From positions 1 to 64,000 of the forward strand of contig JAKSOL010000002.1 in NCBI GenBank assembly GCA_024405635.1: a DNA stretch of 64,000 bases. The letters run 5' to 3'. Each line of letters opens with the position of its first letter. Position 1 is the stretch's first letter. The translations under genes and the position numbers were made by a program. The notes below the pieces were generated by a model. It did not search any database. It was not told the DNA's origin and was given only the letters and a program-made list of their open reading frames with translations. This stretch comes from Salinivirgaceae bacterium. Its GTDB lineage: Bacteria; Bacteroidota; Bacteroidia; Bacteroidales; SZUA-534. Below, piece by piece: positions 9,174 through 19,700 of this stretch.

Positions 9174-9722
9174 ATGAAAAAATCGATTGTTTACACAGCA
9201 GTTTTAGGTATAGCGCTCAAAGCAATGATATTGTTTTTCGTACTTAGTCCTTCGCTGGCAAATGCTCAAAAATTTGCCTATGTTGATACCGATTACATAT
9301 TGAAAAACATACCAGCATACGAAAGTGCGCAAGAGCAACTTGAAATAATGTCGAAAGATTGGCAAAGCGAAATAGAGTCGCAATATGCCGATGTTGAGAA
9401 AATGTATAAAGAATATCAAGCAGAGAAAGTTCTACTTACTGAAGAAATGAAACAAAAACGTGAAGAAGAAATAGTGCAGAAAGAAAAACAAGTAAAGGAA
9501 CTACAGAAGAAATATTTTGGAGCAGAGGGCGATTTGTACAAAAAACGTCAAGAATTGATAAAACCAATTCAAGACGATGTTTTTAACGCAATAAAAGAGT
9601 TGGCTTCATCGGGAAGTTATGCAGTGATATTTGATGCCGCAGGAGGCGCATCAATGCTATATTCTGATCCAAAATATGACAAGAGCGACGATGTGTTGCA
9701 AAAGTTGGGTTATAAGAATTAA
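9174..9722 (+). CDS. skp: OmpH/Skp chaperone 1 (Omp17-like)
   Basis: AQKFAYVDTDYIL, coiled coil, KRQELIKPIQD, YDKSDDVL. Confidence 0.9.
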   Translation: MKKSIVYTAVLGIALKAMILFFVLSPSLANAQKFAYVDTDYILKNIPAYESAQEQLEIMSKDWQSEIESQYADVEKMYKEYQAEKVLLTEEMKQKREEEIVQKEKQVKELQKKYFGAEGDLYKKRQELIKPIQDDVFNAIKELASSGSYAVIFDAAGGASMLYSDPKYDKSDDVLQKLGYKN

Positions 9723-9727
9723 AATGA

Positions 9728-9735
9728 TAACTTTG
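9728..9735 (+). promoter_or_regulatory. Internal -7 promoter box (TAACTTTG) for the second skp
   Basis: TAnnTTTG in the skp-skp gap. Confidence 0.5.
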
Positions 9736-9776
9736 GCATCGCTTAACAAATTGTATAATCATTTAAATCGCAGATA

Positions 9777-10292
9777 ATGAAAAAGTTATTCTTTATGGCC
9801 GTTGCCGCTTTTATGGTTTCGGCTGGTGCAACAAATGCACAATCATTGAAATTTGGACATATTGACACTGGTAAACTATTGCAAGCAATGCCAGACCGTC
9901 TTGACGCTCAAACACAACTAGAAAAACATGCAAAAATGTATGAAGATCAAATGCTTGCAATGCAAAACGAGTTTGAGAAGAAATATCAAGAGTATCAAGA
10001 ACAAGCTGAAACCTTGACCCCAGTTATTCGTGAATCAAAAGAGCGAGAGTTGGCTGAAATTCAACAACGTTTCCAAACTTTTCGCCAAACAGCGCAACAA
10101 GACATTAGTAACAAAGAGGGCGAGTTGATGCAACCAATTATTGATAAAGCTAAAAAAGCAATTGACGATGTGTCGGTTGAAAATGGGTTTACCTATGTTT
10201 TTGATATAAGCACTGGTAGCCTTGTTTACTACAACGAGTCACAAAGTGTTGATATTCTTCCATTGGTGTTTGCAAAACTTGGCATTAAATAG
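9777..10292 (+). CDS. skp: OmpH/Skp chaperone 2
   Basis: AQSLKFGHID..LLQAMP, coiled coil, GFTYVFD, KLGIK. Confidence 0.9.
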   Translation: MKKLFFMAVAAFMVSAGATNAQSLKFGHIDTGKLLQAMPDRLDAQTQLEKHAKMYEDQMLAMQNEFEKKYQEYQEQAETLTPVIRESKERELAEIQQRFQTFRQTAQQDISNKEGELMQPIIDKAKKAIDDVSVENGFTYVFDISTGSLVYYNESQSVDILPLVFAKLGIK

Positions 10293-10314
10293 TTAAACGT
10301 AAGTTGAAATTATC

Positions 10315-10351
10315 AAGAGCGATATCTGAAATTCAGGTATCGCTCTTTTTT
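10315..10351 (+). terminator. Rho-independent terminator after the second skp
   Basis: AAGAGCGATATCTGA-AAT-TCAGGTATCGCTCTT followed by a T-tract. Confidence 0.85.
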
Positions 10352-10383
10352 AAGGGAGCCTTTAAAACTTTTTTAAAGTTGAA

Positions 10384-11184
10384 ATGAATAGCGCACCAAT
10401 AGGCATATTTGATTCGGGAGTTGGAGGTTTGTCGGTATGGAAAGAAGTAAGGGCAATGTTTCCGCACGAAAACATAGTGTACTTTGCCGATAGCGCACGA
10501 TGCCCGTATGGTCCAAAGCCTGCCGAGCAAATTACCCAATATGCTAAGCAGATTACAAATTTTCTGCTGCAACAGGGCTGCAAACTTATTATAGTGGCAT
10601 GTAATACAGCAACGGCGGCAGCAATTGATACATTGCGAGCTGGTTACAATATTCCGTTTGTAGGAATGGAGCCTGCGGTAAAACAGGCTGCGCTTAATAC
10701 CAAAACAAGGAAAATAGGTATTTTGGCCACTAAAGGCACTTTTGGGGGTAGATTGTTTAAGGCCACAAGTCAAAAATACGCGCAAGGAATAGAAAGTATA
10801 GAACAAGTTGGCGAAGGTTTGGTTGAACTTGCCGAAAAAGGATTGTATGCTAGTGATGAGGCTCGCCAGTTGCTTCATAAATACATTGATCCGATGATGG
10901 CAGCCGATGTTGACCAAATAGTTTTAGGTTGCACACATTATCCCTTTTTTAAACCGCTAATTGAAGAAATAGTTGGAGCAAATGTTTCAGTTATTGATCC
11001 TGCTCCAGCAGTTGCGCATAGAGTACTCGATATTCTTTCTCAAAATCAGCAACTTGAGAGCCAGACAAAATTGGGCGATGATATATTTTATACATCAGGA
11101 GAGTCGGTAGTGTTGCAATCGTTTTTGCAAAGCATAACTGGAAACAATAATTGTGATTGCCGTGTAGCAGTATTGGAAAAATAG
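10384..11184 (+). CDS. murI: Glutamate racemase
   Basis: IGIFDSGVGGLSV, VACNTA, VLGCTHYP. Confidence 0.97.
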   Translation: MNSAPIGIFDSGVGGLSVWKEVRAMFPHENIVYFADSARCPYGPKPAEQITQYAKQITNFLLQQGCKLIIVACNTATAAAIDTLRAGYNIPFVGMEPAVKQAALNTKTRKIGILATKGTFGGRLFKATSQKYAQGIESIEQVGEGLVELAEKGLYASDEARQLLHKYIDPMMAADVDQIVLGCTHYPFFKPLIEEIVGANVSVIDPAPAVAHRVLDILSQNQQLESQTKLGDDIFYTSGESVVLQSFLQSITGNNNCDCRVAVLEK

Positions 11185-11306
11185 TTTGCCCTGCTAATAT
11201 TTTTCTACACAAAAAAGCAATGAATTTTCCCTTTATTAAACTGTGCAAACAGCATTAATACAAAGCGATAAATACGTACAGAAAACTAAACTATCTTAGT
11301 GCCGAT

Positions 11307-12155
11307 ATGAACAAACTAGGAATTGATACAAGTAACGTGGCCCTTGTGCTTGAGGGCGGCGGAATGCGTGGTGTTTTTACAGGAGGAGTTATTGATTTTT
11401 TTCTCGATAATAACATTGATTTCCCTTATGTAGTAGGTGTAAGTGCAGGAGCGGGGAATAGTTGCAATTACTTATCGCGCCAACGCGGTCGTACACGAAC
11501 ACTCGACATCGATTATCTTGAGAAATATAACTACATAGGTATACATAAGCTGATTACAAAAGGCATGATAATAGATAACGACTTGCTTTTTGGACAATTT
11601 CCAACCGTTGACTATCCGTTTGATTTTGCAACATACTCTACCAATCCAATGCAACACGAAATGGTTGCATGCAACTGTCTTACAGGCGAGGCCGTTTATC
11701 TTGATGACCGTACCGATACCGTGCGCATGACCGCCATTTGCAGAGCCTCGTGCAGCTTGCCTTTTGTGTCGCCTATGGTAACAATTGATGGAGTGCCAAT
11801 GCTTGATGGTGGCATAAGCGATGCTATTCCTGTGCGTCGCGCATTTGAAAAAGGCTATAAAAAATTGGTATTGGTGTTAACTAGGCCTTATGGTTATCGC
11901 AAGAGCCCAAAAGAAATAAAGTTTCCTAAGTTTATTTACCGTAAGTACCCTAATCTTCAATCCAAACTGCGTAATAAAAACTTTGAGTATAATGCTGTAA
12001 TGGATTTTGTTGAATCTGAAGAACGAAAAGGAAACATTCTTGTTATAAGACCCCAAAATTTAATGGGAGTAGAGCGGCTTGAGAAACGAAGAGAAAAACT
12101 TACGGCATTATACAATCACGGATACGAATGCGCCCAAGCAATTGCTAATATCTAA
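11307..12155 (+). CDS. Patatin-like phospholipase (with DUF6363-type C-terminus)
   Basis: LVLEGGGMRG oxyanion loop, GVSAG nucleophile, DGG motif. Confidence 0.9.
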   Translation: MNKLGIDTSNVALVLEGGGMRGVFTGGVIDFFLDNNIDFPYVVGVSAGAGNSCNYLSRQRGRTRTLDIDYLEKYNYIGIHKLITKGMIIDNDLLFGQFPTVDYPFDFATYSTNPMQHEMVACNCLTGEAVYLDDRTDTVRMTAICRASCSLPFVSPMVTIDGVPMLDGGISDAIPVRRAFEKGYKKLVLVLTRPYGYRKSPKEIKFPKFIYRKYPNLQSKLRNKNFEYNAVMDFVESEERKGNILVIRPQNLMGVERLEKRREKLTALYNHGYECAQAIANI

Positions 12156-12284
12156 CAGAAACTATTGTTATTGTTCAAACCGTATTTGGCTTACTTTTTG
12201 CATAAAGGCAAAACAAATCAAAACAAAGCGACTTGTGATTAGCGCGCAAAAAAAAAGTTACAAGTTGCTATAAATAAAACATAT

Positions 12285-14795
12285 ATGTTCGTACAAAGCA
12301 GACCAGCAAAAGCCGTTGTTTTTCAAGATCGCGAATACACATACGACCAATTGCTGCAATATTCAAGACGATACTCAAAATTTTTCTCTCAATCGTCGCC
12401 AGAAAAAGTTATGATTTTTGCCGAAAATAGCCCAGAGTGGATATTTTCTTTCTTTGGCATTGTTCGTAGCGGTGCAATTTCGGTTCCAGTTGATGTTCAA
12501 TCAACAGTTAAAGACGTGGCATACATTTTGGCCGATTGCAAGCCAGAGATAATTTTTACAACCGAGGCTCATCTTGATTTGGTTAACGAAGCTTGTGCTC
12601 AGTCGCAACACCAATGTAAAATAGTTACAGCAGCTGACGTTGACGTTTCAGGTATTGAAAACGAAATGGTGACCGATATTGCTATTGCAGACAAAAATCG
12701 AGTTGCAGTTATTGTTTATACATCGGGTACCACAGGTTCGCCTAAAGGTGTTATGCTGTCGTATAAGAACCTTCTGTTTAACGTTGATGCAGTAAGCAAA
12801 GGAGTGCCATACTTTGTAAAAGACCAACATGTGCTCATTCTTTTGCCACTTCATCATGTGCTTCCTCTTGTTGGAACGCTAATAGCGCCATTGTATGTAG
12901 GAGGTTGCGTTTACATAGCAGAAGGTATGAATGCCGAAAGCATCATAAAAACCTTAAACCAAGGTCAAATAAATATGTTTGTTGGTGTGCCTCGACTTTA
13001 TGAGTTGTTGGTAAATGGCATAATGAGTAAAGTAAACTCATCGGCCATTGCTCGTGGCATGTTTAAAACTGCTAAAGCAATACATTCAAGACGATTGTCA
13101 AAAGTGCTTTTTCGTTCGGTTCAAAAGAAATTTGGTGGACACATTGACTATCTTATTTCGGGAGGAGCAGCTTTGCCAGTGCATGTGAGCGAAACTTTGC
13201 AAACGCTTGGTTTTACAGTTTGTGAAGGCTACGGAATGAGCGAGTGTGCGCCTATGATAACTTTCCCTCGTCCATGGAACCTAAATACAGGTTATGCAGG
13301 TGAACCACTTGTAGACGAGGAGGTTATGATTGATGAAAATGGTGAGGTTTGCGTAAAAGGCGACAACGTGATGATTGGTTACTATAATCGTCCTGAGGAA
13401 ACAGCAGCCATTATTCGCGATGGTTGGTTGCACACTGGTGATACTGGAATTTTGAACGAAAAGGGGTTGAAACTAACAGGTCGTATCAAAGAAATTATTG
13501 TAACTCCTAACGGTAAAAATATTAATCCAGAAGAGGTTGAAACTGAGTTGGTTAAAACACATGGCCAGTATATTAAGGAAGTTGGTGTGTTTATGAAAGA
13601 CGACATTTTGCAATGCATCATAGTTCCAAACCTTACTAATCTGCGCGAAAAATCGATAGAAAACCTTGAAGATGTTTTGAAGGAAGAGATTGGCCAGTTT
13701 AACCAAACAATGGAGCAATACAAACGCATCAAAAAAATACACATAACTAGTGAGGAGTTGCCCAAAACTCGAATGATGAAACTGCAACGATTCAAACTTG
13801 CCGACCTTATTCAAGAAAAGAAACGCGAAGAAGTTGCTGATACTAAAGAGCGCAGCAAAATATACCTAATGTTGCAGCAATTTATTGAAACAGAAACCAA
13901 GCATCAAGCAGGCGAAAACGATCACTTTGAAATTGACCTTGCAATGGATTCACTTTGCAAAGTTACTTTGTTGAGTTTTATTGAGGAGCACTTTGGTATA
14001 TCTATGGACGAGTCGCAAATTGATAAAATGGACACTCTTGCGCTACTTTCGGCCTATGTTGAGGAAAATTCAAAATTCTGTAAAGAAAAAGGCAATAGTT
14101 TCTCGTGGAAAGAAGTGCTGGCTCATGGAAAATCAAAGTTGAAAATTCGTCGCAGTTTTCTAATTCAACCAATAGTGAGCCACACAGTTAAAGTGTTGAT
14201 GCACATTGCATATCGTTACCGCAAAGACCATAAAGAAGAATTGCCGCAAGGGCCTTGCATCATTGTAGCAAACCACCGCAGCGCACTCGATGGCTTTTTT
14301 ATTACATCAAAAATGCGTTGGCGTGCTGTTCGCGACACCTTCTTCTTTGCTAAAGAAAAGCACTTGCACTCGCGTTTTGCACACTTTATGGCTCGCAAAA
14401 ACAATGTTATTCTAATGGACATTAACAAAAACGTACGCGAGTCGATTCTTCAACTGTCTGAAGTCCTAAAAAGCGGAAAGAATGTGATTATTTTTCCTGA
14501 AGGAACACGCTCAAAGGACAATAAACTCAATACGTTTAAAGATATGTTTGCCATTTTGAGTAAAGAGTTAAATGTTCCAGTTATTCCTATTGCTATCTCT
14601 GGCTCGGAGCGTGCCGTGTATAATCATATTTATTTGCCTCGACCATTTGCTAAGGTGACAGTTAGTTTTCTTGATACCATTTACCCACAAAACATAAGTG
14701 CCGACGATATTCGCAAATGTGTTGTTGAGCAAATCAGTCAGTGTCTTGAAAAGTGTGAAAACGGTGTTCGGAACATTCGAGGTAAATCAAAATAA
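12285..14795 (+). CDS. Tri-domain long-chain acyl-adenylate synthetase / ACP / PlsC-type acyltransferase
   Basis: YTSGTTGSPKG, EGYGMSE, WLHTGD (adenylation); DLAMDSL (ACP); NHRSALD and FPEGTRS (acyltransferase). Confidence 0.9.
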   Translation: MFVQSRPAKAVVFQDREYTYDQLLQYSRRYSKFFSQSSPEKVMIFAENSPEWIFSFFGIVRSGAISVPVDVQSTVKDVAYILADCKPEIIFTTEAHLDLVNEACAQSQHQCKIVTAADVDVSGIENEMVTDIAIADKNRVAVIVYTSGTTGSPKGVMLSYKNLLFNVDAVSKGVPYFVKDQHVLILLPLHHVLPLVGTLIAPLYVGGCVYIAEGMNAESIIKTLNQGQINMFVGVPRLYELLVNGIMSKVNSSAIARGMFKTAKAIHSRRLSKVLFRSVQKKFGGHIDYLISGGAALPVHVSETLQTLGFTVCEGYGMSECAPMITFPRPWNLNTGYAGEPLVDEEVMIDENGEVCVKGDNVMIGYYNRPEETAAIIRDGWLHTGDTGILNEKGLKLTGRIKEIIVTPNGKNINPEEVETELVKTHGQYIKEVGVFMKDDILQCIIVPNLTNLREKSIENLEDVLKEEIGQFNQTMEQYKRIKKIHITSEELPKTRMMKLQRFKLADLIQEKKREEVADTKERSKIYLMLQQFIETETKHQAGENDHFEIDLAMDSLCKVTLLSFIEEHFGISMDESQIDKMDTLALLSAYVEENSKFCKEKGNSFSWKEVLAHGKSKLKIRRSFLIQPIVSHTVKVLMHIAYRYRKDHKEELPQGPCIIVANHRSALDGFFITSKMRWRAVRDTFFFAKEKHLHSRFAHFMARKNNVILMDINKNVRESILQLSEVLKSGKNVIIFPEGTRSKDNKLNTFKDMFAILSKELNVPVIPIAISGSERAVYNHIYLPRPFAKVTVSFLDTIYPQNISADDIRKCVVEQISQCLEKCENGVRNIRGKSK

Positions 14796-14810
14796 AACAA
14801 CTATAGTTTA

Positions 14811-14848
14811 GCAAATAGGCGAACCTTTTGGTTCGCTTATTTGTTTTT
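14811..14848 (+). terminator. Rho-independent terminator
   Basis: CAAATAGGCGAACC-TTTT-GGTTCGCTTATTTG followed by Ts. Confidence 0.8.
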
Positions 14849-14897
14849 ACCAATTCGTTGTAAAGTTCTACATTTGGCTATCGTATATGCGCAAACA

Positions 14898-16022
14898 ATG
14901 CTTATAGCTGTAAATACACAATCGCTCATAAAAGGCCGACTCGAAGGACTTGGTTGGTTTACTCACGAGGTGCTATGCCGAATGGTGAACAATCATCCCG
15001 AGCATAGGTTCCTTTTTATCTTTGATCGTCAGTGGGACAACAGTTTTGTGTTTGCGCCAAACGTAACTCCCATTCGAACATTTATTCCGTCAAGGCATCC
15101 AGTTTTGTGGCTAATAAGGTTCAATTATATTATTCCGCATTTGCTGAAAAAATATGGTGCTGATATGTTTTTGTCAACCGACGGCTATATTTCTTTGCAA
15201 CCACAAATACCAACCTACAACATTATTCACGACATTGGTTTTGTGCATTATCCAAACATTCAGCCTCCGTTGATAAACCGATACTACAACCACTTTTTTC
15301 CAAAATTTGCACGTTCAGCACACCGTTTAGGTACGGTTTCGGAGTATTCAAAAAACGATATTTCAAAAACGTGGAACATTAGTCCCGAAAAAATTGATGT
15401 AATATACAACGGTTGCAAATCAATGTTTAGGCCCATGTCGCAGGTCGAACAAGAAAAAGTGCGTAGCAAGATAACCAATGGAGCTCCTTATTTTGTTTAT
15501 GTAGGTTCAATAAACCCTCGCAAAAACATTGAAGGAATGCTTCGGGCGTTCGATAGTTTTAAATCAACCACAAACTTGCCTCATAAATTAGTTATTGTGG
15601 GCGAGCGTATGTTTAGTGGCGACAGTAGCGTTGCTCAAACGCTAAACCAAATGCAATATAAAAGTGATGTGATTCTTTTGGGTCGAATGGAAGCGAATGA
15701 ACTTCAGCAAGTTACAGCATCGGCCAGAGGCTTGGTTCTTGTGTCGTTTCTTGAAGGATTTGGAGTTCCTTTGCTTGAGGCAATGAACTGCAACGTTCCT
15801 GTAATTTGCTCAAATGTAACATCGTTGCCCGAGGTGGTGGGCGATGCAGGTTTGTTAGTGTCACCTCATTCAACCGACGAAATAGCTGAAGCTTTTAAGC
15901 AACTTGCAACCGATAATAACTTGCACCAATCGCTTGTGGATGCAGCACAATTACAACGACAAAAATTTAGTTGGGAACAATCGGCCACCGATCTTTGGAA
16001 CGGAATGATGAAGATTGTGTAA
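14898..16022 (+). CDS. Glycosyltransferase family 4
   Basis: [40 protein letters not shown]; start moved to ATG 14898, downstream of a TACATTTG box at 14869-14876. Confidence 0.9.
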   Translation: MLIAVNTQSLIKGRLEGLGWFTHEVLCRMVNNHPEHRFLFIFDRQWDNSFVFAPNVTPIRTFIPSRHPVLWLIRFNYIIPHLLKKYGADMFLSTDGYISLQPQIPTYNIIHDIGFVHYPNIQPPLINRYYNHFFPKFARSAHRLGTVSEYSKNDISKTWNISPEKIDVIYNGCKSMFRPMSQVEQEKVRSKITNGAPYFVYVGSINPRKNIEGMLRAFDSFKSTTNLPHKLVIVGERMFSGDSSVAQTLNQMQYKSDVILLGRMEANELQQVTASARGLVLVSFLEGFGVPLLEAMNCNVPVICSNVTSLPEVVGDAGLLVSPHSTDEIAEAFKQLATDNNLHQSLVDAAQLQRQKFSWEQSATDLWNGMMKIV

Positions 16023-16148
16023 CCTATCAGTAGGTTATTTAAGTTTTGTAGGTTAAGAGCCTAAGTGAACAATCAGATGTTTGTGCTAATCAGCACTTAA
16101 ATTTTAGTCCAAAAAAATAATACGTTCGTCACAATGCAATGTACAACT

Positions 16149-16175
16149 TGTAACTAGAAGATATTTATATGCGTT
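16149..16175 (+). promoter_or_regulatory. Candidate ECF-sigma promoter (TGTAAC-N17-CGTT) upstream of the yfiR-like gene
   Basis: AAC/CGT architecture typical of ECF promoters; no TAnnTTTG box noticed in this intergenic region. Confidence 0.35.
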
Positions 16176-16222
16176 AAAATGGACGAAGAAAAAGAAGTTT
16201 AATTAAAAGAGAAACCCTAAAG

Positions 16223-16729
16223 ATGAAGAAAATTGTTTTGCTTTTAGTGATGGCTACAAGTTGTATGTTAGCCCACTCACAAGGTTTGGCTCAGTTTCAG
16301 GCTCTTTACATTTACAATTTTGCAAAGAACATTGGTTGGCCAGAAATTGACAATTCGAAAGATTTGGTGGTAACCGTAATTTCGAATAGTACATTGTCAG
16401 GAGAGCTGAAAAAATTAGCTCAAACACGTAAAATTGGTAGTCGTAATGTGTCTATAAAAGATGCAGCAACTATTGCCGAGGTTACAAAAAGTGACATTAT
16501 TTACCTCGATGCATCAAAAGCAGGTCAAATTGGTCAGCTAGTAAACTCGCAACAAGGCAACCGTGTGCTTATAATAAGCGACAAAGGCGGACATTGTGCC
16601 AATGGTGCTGGAATTTCGTTTGTAACTGAGGGCGAAAAACTTAAGTACGAAATTTCAAAAGCCAACATTGAAAAACGCGGCCTTGATGTTTCATCGCAAT
16701 TACTGCAACTTGGAAAAGCTGTAGATTAA
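16223..16729 (+). CDS. YfiR/HmsC-family (DUF4154) periplasmic protein
   Basis: Signal peptide; ALYIYNFAKNIGWP, GISFV..KLKYEI and GLDVSSQLLQLG match the family pattern. Confidence 0.85.
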   Translation: MKKIVLLLVMATSCMLAHSQGLAQFQALYIYNFAKNIGWPEIDNSKDLVVTVISNSTLSGELKKLAQTRKIGSRNVSIKDAATIAEVTKSDIIYLDASKAGQIGQLVNSQQGNRVLIISDKGGHCANGAGISFVTEGEKLKYEISKANIEKRGLDVSSQLLQLGKAVD

Positions 16730-16756
16730 CAACTCAACTAAATAGAAAAATAGACT

Positions 16757-19700
16757 ATGAAAAAAATATTATTGATGGCTATTGTTATGCTTGTTAGCAT
16801 AGTAGCTTCAGCACAAGAACAACAATTAACTCGCGACCAAATTCTTAATATGACTTTTGAAGAGTTGTCAGACCTTCCGTTTGACCAACTTATGGCAGCC
16901 GCTGAAACACTTGGCGTTAGCAGTGTTGACGAGTTATTTGCAATGATTATGAATAAAAACGTGTCGTCGGCATCAAAGAAAGAGGAGAGCGCTTTTGCTT
17001 CGCCACTTTCGTCAACAGTTATCACTCGCGAAGAGTTGCGCTCGTATGGTGTTAGTACCATTGAAGAGGCTTTGCGTTTTGTGCCTGGCGTTATCGTTTC
17101 TGAAAAATACAACGGAGTAAACGATGTTCAAATTCGTGGTTTGAATAACATCCCTGATAACCACTGGTACCTATACACCGAAAATGCCAACACCATTCTT
17201 ATGGTTGATGGCCGTCCTGTTCAAAACCAAGGCATGGGCTCGTTGAATATTGAAATGTTGCCAGTATCAATTGAAGATATTGCACAAATTGAGGTAGTTC
17301 GCGGAGCTGTGTCGGCAATGTATGGCATTGGCGCAGTTACTGGTGTTATTAACATTGTTACCGAAAAACCAAGTGTTGACTCAAAACTAGTTTCGGGCCA
17401 ATTTAAAATGGGAAACTACAACACAATGAATGGTGAGGTTGCTTTTCGTAAAGCCGTTAATAACAAATTGGCTGTTGGTTTTAGCGTTAACATGAACCGT
17501 CGCGACCGTACCACTAACAAAATTTACTTGTTCCCACAAGACTCTACTTCAAGCACCGATCTTTATTTGCAATCGGTTAGTGCTGAGTATTATACAAAAC
17601 CTGATGGCTCTCCTTTTTCAGGATTGGAATTGCAAGATATGATTGACAAAGGTTATCTAACTTCAGTAGGAAACGGCGGCGAATATACCAAGGTGGAATT
17701 GAAACGAATTCGTAACGTTAGCAAAGATGCTGCTAAAAGCTCTTTGTACAGCAATTTTTCGCAACTTCAAGGAGTAATGTCAATGCTTATGGCATATGTG
17801 GCAAGTAAACCAGAATTGAAAATTAAACTTGACGCGAGCATGAGTAATGAAGATATTGCAAAAGCATTTATTGCACTTTATCCTATGCTACAACAAAGTG
17901 GAATGCTTGCAGGTTCCGATTTTGCAAATCTTTCCGATATTCAACTCCAAACTTATGCAAGTTATTGCGGCCCAGCTATTAAGAGCGATTTGAACGAAAT
18001 GTCGAAAGTTTATCAGTTTAAATCGTTGGATGGCCAAGTTTCGCTCGACGATGCATTTGAAGACCCTTCGCTTGCACGAGAGGGCGAAGGCGTTAACGCT
18101 TACTTGTCGTACACTCCAAACAACGATGTGCGTCTCGATTTTTCAACAGGTTTTATGCACTCAAAAACAGCTAACACTCCAATTAGCGATTGGTCATATG
18201 CACTTACCTACCGCGAGTTTGATAACTATTATGCAAATATGAATGCCAGCGTGTATGGCGCTAATGTGTCAGCTAGTTATACAGGTGGTCCTCAAAACTT
18301 TATTGTAGGCAACCCAAGTTTTTCGGTAAAATACAACAACATAAATGTGCGCGGCGAGTATTCGTTTGATTTTAATGGACTTACCGCAACTCCAAGCATC
18401 AACTACAACTACGTACACTACATTGACAACGAGGATAAAATGCCAGAAGGTTTCTTAAGCTCAGGTTTCTTTAATACTGAGGCTGAAATGAAATTGTTTG
18501 GTGCAGGTTTGCGCCTCGACTATAAACTTGGCAACTTGCGTTTGATTGGTAATGCTCAGTTTGATAAAACCGATTTGCCAAACAAATGGAATCCAGCTTG
18601 GCAATTTGCTGCAAACTACATGATTAACGACAACAACTTTGTACGTGCAGTATATGGCAATGCAAACCGTGCTCCTGTATTTGCAAACACTTGCTCAAAC
18701 TACACATGGAACCGTGTAGGTATGGGTGCTCCTGACTATGTTCAACTTAAGGGTAATCCAGATGCCAATTTGGTTAAGGTGCAGAATATTGAGTTAGGTT
18801 ACCGTTGGAAACCATCGCCTAAACTATTGGTTGATGCTGAAATGTACGGCTCATGGAGTAAAGACTACGGCCGTTTGTCGGCACATCGTTCAGCGTTGAC
18901 AATTGACTCTACTTATTTGAGATACATACTTAACACTGTAATGGATGGATTGGTTGACTATTCTGACCCTTCGCAAGTAATTGCAGCTTTGAACAACTTT
19001 GACCGTAAGTTGACTTTGAACTATCAAAACCTACCTTATAAGGTTCAACAAGTTGGAGCAAGTATTAATGTCGATTGGATTGTTACCAAAAAGTTGATAG
19101 CAAAAGCTAACCTTAACTGGCAACGCACTACTATTAAAGATTACTACGAATATCACCAAGGCGAACATGTTGTTAGTCAATTTACAAAAACAACAGAAAA
19201 GGCTATGAAACTTACAGGCTTGATGGACGAATTCCGTAGCTTTGGCGATAATAAAGTGCTACAAGATATGTTTATAGATCAAGCATTTGTTTATACTCCA
19301 ACATTTGAAGAACTAACATATTTTGAAGGATTGAGCGGTGACCAACAAAACGAATTGCTTGGAAAACTGAAAGCAAGAACAGTAACCCAACAAGGTTTTG
19401 AGTACGATGGTCATGTATATGATGCATCTTCTGCAGCTGGCTACTATGTAAGTTACAAATACTCAATTGTTCGCGACCGTGAAACTGGCGATTACTTCTT
19501 TGGAAGTTCGAACTTTACCGAGCCTAAAAAGAAAACAGTAGAGCATAAGTCAACACCTTCGTTCTATGGCGTGGTAGGTTTGATTTATCGCCCAACCGAA
19601 AAATTGAATGTCTCGGCTTTCGCAAACTTTATGAGTGCTCGCACAATTGCCGTAACATGCGGTTCGGTTAAAGTTGATCCAAAATTCATCTTGAACCTTA

